DNA of 64,000 nt from Eledone cirrhosa (lineage: Eukaryota): NCBI GenBank assembly GCA_964016885.1, contig OZ024741.1, positions 77,252,001 to 77,316,000 of the forward strand, in the 5' to 3' direction. Shown one piece after another: positions 59,740 through 64,000 of this stretch (the first letter of the stretch is position 1; each line of letters begins with the position of its first letter). A program made the position numbers and the translations under genes. Under the pieces are notes generated by a model. It made no database searches and was not told the origin of the DNA. It was given only the letters and a program-made list of their open reading frames with translations.

Positions 59740-62700
59740 AGTTTGTGATACAGTGTGACATTAAGAGTATATTTGGTCGTACAGTATGATATTAAGGGTA
59801 TATCTTGTGATAAAGTGTAACATCAAGTGTGTATCTTGAAGTACAGTGTGACATTAAGAGTATATCTTGAGATACAGTGTGACATTAAGGGTATATCTTG
59901 TGATACAGTGTGACATTAAGAGTATTTCTTGTGCTACAGAGTGACATTAAGGGTATATCGGTGATACAGTGTAACATCAAGTGTGTATCTTGCGGTACAT
60001 TGTGACATTAAGAGTATATCTAGTGATACAGTGTGACATTAAGAGTATATCTTGTGATACAGTGTGACATTAAGAGTATATCTTGTGATACAGTGTGACA
60101 TTAAGAGTATATCTTGTGATACAGTGTTACATCAAGAGTATATCTTGTGATACAGTGTGACATTAAGAGTATATCTTCGGATACAGTGTGACATTAAGAG
60201 TATATCTTGTGATACAGTGTGACATTAAGGGTATATCTTGTGATACAGTGTGACATTAAGAGTATATCTTGTGATACAGTGTGACATTAAGAGTATATCT
60301 TGTGATACAGTGTGACATTAAGAGTATATCTTGTGATACAGTGTGACATTGAGGGTATATCTTGTGATACAGTGTGACATTAAGAGTATATCTTGTGATA
60401 CAGTGTGACATTAAGAGTATATCTTGTGATACAGTGTTACATCAAGAGTATATCTTGTGATACAGTGTGACATTAAGTGTGTATCTTGCGGTACATTGTG
60501 ACATTAAGAGTATATCTTGTGATACAGTGTTACATCAAGAGTATATCTTATGATACAGTGTGACATTAAGAGTATATCTTGTGATACAGTGTTACATCAA
60601 GAGTATATCTTGTGATACAGTGTGACATTAAGAGTATATCTTGTGATACAGTGTTACATCAAGAGTATATCTTGTGATACAGTGTTACATCAAGAGTATA
60701 TCTTGTGATACAGTGTGACATTAAGAGTATATCTTGTGATACAGTGTGACATTAAGGGTATATCTTGTGATACAGTGTGACATTAAGAGTATATCGGTGA
60801 TACAGTGTGACATTAAGAGTATATCTTGTGATACAGTGTGACATTAAGAATATATCTTGTGATACAGTGTGACATTAAGGGTATATCGGTGATACAGTGT
60901 AACATCAAGTGTGTATCTTGCGGTACATTGTGACATTAAGAGTATATCTAGTGATACAGTGTTACATCAAGAGTATATCTTGTGATACAGTGTGACATTA
61001 AGAGTATATCTTGTGATACAGTGTGACATTAAGGGTATATCCTGTGATACAGTGTGACATTAAGAGTATATCTTGTGATACAGTGTGACATTAAGAGTAT
61101 ATCTTGTGATACAATGTGACATTAAGAGTATATCTTGTGATACAGTGTGACATTAAGAGTATATCGGTGATACAGTGTGACATTAAGAGTATATCTTGTG
61201 ATACAGTGTGACATTAAGAGTATATCTTGTGATACAGTGTGACATTAAGGGTATATCGGTGATACAGTGTAACATCAAGTGTGTATCTTGCGGTACATTG
61301 TGACATTAAGAGTATATCTAGTGATACAGTGTTACATCAAGAGTATATCTTGTGATACAGTGTGACATTAAGAGTATATCTTGTGATACAGTGTGACATT
61401 AAGGGTATATCTTGTGATACAGTGTGACATTAAGGGTATATCTTGTGATACAGTGTGACATTAAGAGTATATCTTGTGATACAGTGTGACATTAAGAGTA
61501 TATCTTGTGATACAGTGTGACATTAAGAGTATATCTTGTGATACAGTGTGACATTAAGGGTATATCTTGTGATACAGTGTGACATTAAGAGTATATCTTG
61601 TGATACAGTGTGACATTAAGAGTATATCTTGTGATGCAGTGTGACATTAAGAGTATATCTTGTGATACAGTGTTACATCAAGAGTATATCTTGTGATACA
61701 GTGTGACATTAAGAGTATATCTTGTGATACAGTGTGACATTAAGGGTATATCTTGTGATACAGTGTGACATTAAGGGTATATCTTGTGATACAGTGTGAC
61801 ATTAAGGGTATATCTTGTGATACAGTGTGACATTAAGAGTATATCTTGTGATACAGTGTGACATTAAGAGTATATCTTGTGATACAGTGTGACATTAAGA
61901 GTATATCTTGTGATACAGTGTGACATTAAGGGTATATCTTGTGATACAGTGTGACATTAAGAGTATATCTTGTGATACAGTGTGACATTAAGAGTATATC
62001 TTGTGATGCAGTGTGACATTAAGAGTATATCTTGTGATACAGTGTTACATCAAGAGTATATCTTGTGATACAGTGTGACATTAAGAGTATATCTTGTGAT
62101 ACAGTGTGACATTAAGAGTATATCTTGTGATACAGTGTGACATTAAGAGTATATCTTGTGATACAGTGTTACATCAAGAGTATATCTTGTGATACAGTGT
62201 GACATTAAGAGTATATCTTCGGATACAGTGTGACATTAAGAGTATATCTTGTGATACAGTGTGACATTAAGGGTATATCTTGTGATACAGTGTGACATTA
62301 AGAGTATATCTTGTGATACAGTGTGACATTAAGAGTATATCTTGTGATACAGTGTGACATTAAGAGTATATCTTGTGATACAGTGTGACATTGAGGGTAT
62401 ATCTTGTGATACAGTGTGACATTAAGAGTATATCTTGTGATACAGTGTGACATTAAGAGTATATCTTGTGATACAGTGTTACATCAAGAGTATATCTTGT
62501 GATACAGTGTGACATTAAGTGTGTATCTTGCGGTACATTGTGACATTAAGAGTATATCTTGTGATACAGTGTTACATCAAGAGTATATCTTATGATACAG
62601 TGTGACATTAAGAGTATATCTTGTGATACAGTGTTACATCAAGAGTATATCTTGTGATACAGTGTGACATTAAGAGTATATCTTGTGATACAGTGTTACA

Positions 62701-64000
62701 TCAAGAGTATATCTTGTGATACAGTGTTACATCAAGAGTATATCTTGTGATACAGTGTGACATTAAGAGTATATCTTGTGATACAGTGTGACATTAAGGG
62801 TATATCTTGTGATACAGTGTGACATTAAGAGTATATCGGTGATACAGTGTGACATTAAGAGTATATCTTGTGATACAGTGTGACATTAAGAATATATCTT
62901 GTGATACAGTGTGACATTAAGGGTATATCGGTGATACAGTGTAACATCAAGTGTGTATCTTGCGGTACATTGTGACATTAAGAGTATATCTAGTGATACA
63001 GTGTTACATCAAGAGTATATCTTGTGATACAGTGTGACATTAAGAGTATATCTTGTGATACAGTGTGACATTAAGGGTATATCCTGTGATACAGTGTGAC
63101 ATTAAGAGTATATCTTGTGATACAGTGTGACATTAAGAGTATATCTTGTGATACAATGTGACATTAAGAGTATATCTTGTGATACAGTGTGACATTAAGA
63201 GTATATCGGTGATACAGTGTGACATTAAGAGTATATCTTGTGATACAGTGTGACATTAAGAGTATATCTTGTGATACAGTGTGACATTAAGGGTATATCG
63301 GTGATACAGTGTAACATCAAGTGTGTATCTTGCGGTACATTGTGACATTAAGAGTATATCTAGTGATACAGTGTTACATCAAGAGTATATCTTGTGATAC
63401 AGTGTGACATTAAGAGTATATCTTGTGATACAGTGTGACATTAAGGGTATATCTTGTGATACAGTGTGACATTAAGGGTATATCTTGTGATACAGTGTGA
63501 CATTAAGAGTATATCTTGTGATACAGTGTGACATTAAGAGTATATCTTGTGATACAGTGTGACATTAAGAGTATATCTTGTGATACAGTGTGACATTAAG
63601 GGTATATCTTGTGATACAGTGTGACATTAAGAGTATATCTTGTGATACAGTGTGACATTAAGAGTATATCTTGTGATGCAGTGTGACATTAAGAGTATAT
63701 CTTGTGATACAGTGTTACATCAAGAGTATATCTTGTGATACAGTGTGACATTAAGAGTATATCTTGGGATACAGTGTGACATTAAGAGTATATCTTGTGA
63801 TACAGTGTGACATTAAGGGTATATCTTGTGATACAGTGTGACATTAAGAGTATATCTTGTGATACAGTGTGACATTAAGAGTATATCTTGTGATACAGTG
63901 TGACATTAAGAGTATATCTTGTGATACAGTGTGACATTAAGGGTATATCTTGTGATACAGTGTGACATTAAGAGTATATCTTGTGATACAGTGTGACATT
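59740..64000. repeat. 31-bp tandem satellite (GTGTGACATTAAGAGTATATCTTGTGATACA)n running off the window end
   Basis: More than 130 monomers with recurrent variants; diverged, longer monomers at about 59570-59760. Confidence 0.98.

Noticed and set aside
59740-64000. CRISPR-like array of roughly 31-bp repeats
   Set aside because: Contiguous monomers with no unique spacers, no cas genes, eukaryotic context; it is a satellite

Overview
AT-rich animal genomic DNA, most likely Octopus (coleoid cephalopod), judged from the SINE families I recognise and the extreme (TA)n/(CA)n content. I can support no host gene. The window is a nest of mobile elements and simple repeats. It holds several Penelope-like retroelement (PLE) families with RT plus GIY-YIG endonuclease. 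Two look young: a head-to-head inverted insertion at 6.7-12.3 kb and a tandem pLTR-flanked element at 44.2-50.9 kb. Also present: a 5'-truncated RTE LINE with an open RT+PHD frame, decayed R4-like, CRE-like, Tx1/L1-like, RTE and CR1/Jockey-like LINE fragments, a mariner remnant, a tandem trimer of a non-autonomous Helitron, tRNA-derived SINEs, a 200-N gap, and a 31-bp satellite with a 2042-bp higher-order repeat. The signal the ORF track misses is about 30 type I hammerhead ribozyme (HHR) motifs from roughly 14 sequence families, read by eye. They lie in PLE 3' ends and in short non-coding tandem or fold-back (retrozyme-like) units inserted in (TA)n. Several carry non-canonical cores: a compensatory U3-A8 pair in two unrelated families, and C4 or A4 substitutions that appear to covary with position 11.1. 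Family letters A-I are my own labels. Element boundaries are approximate and no computation was run.
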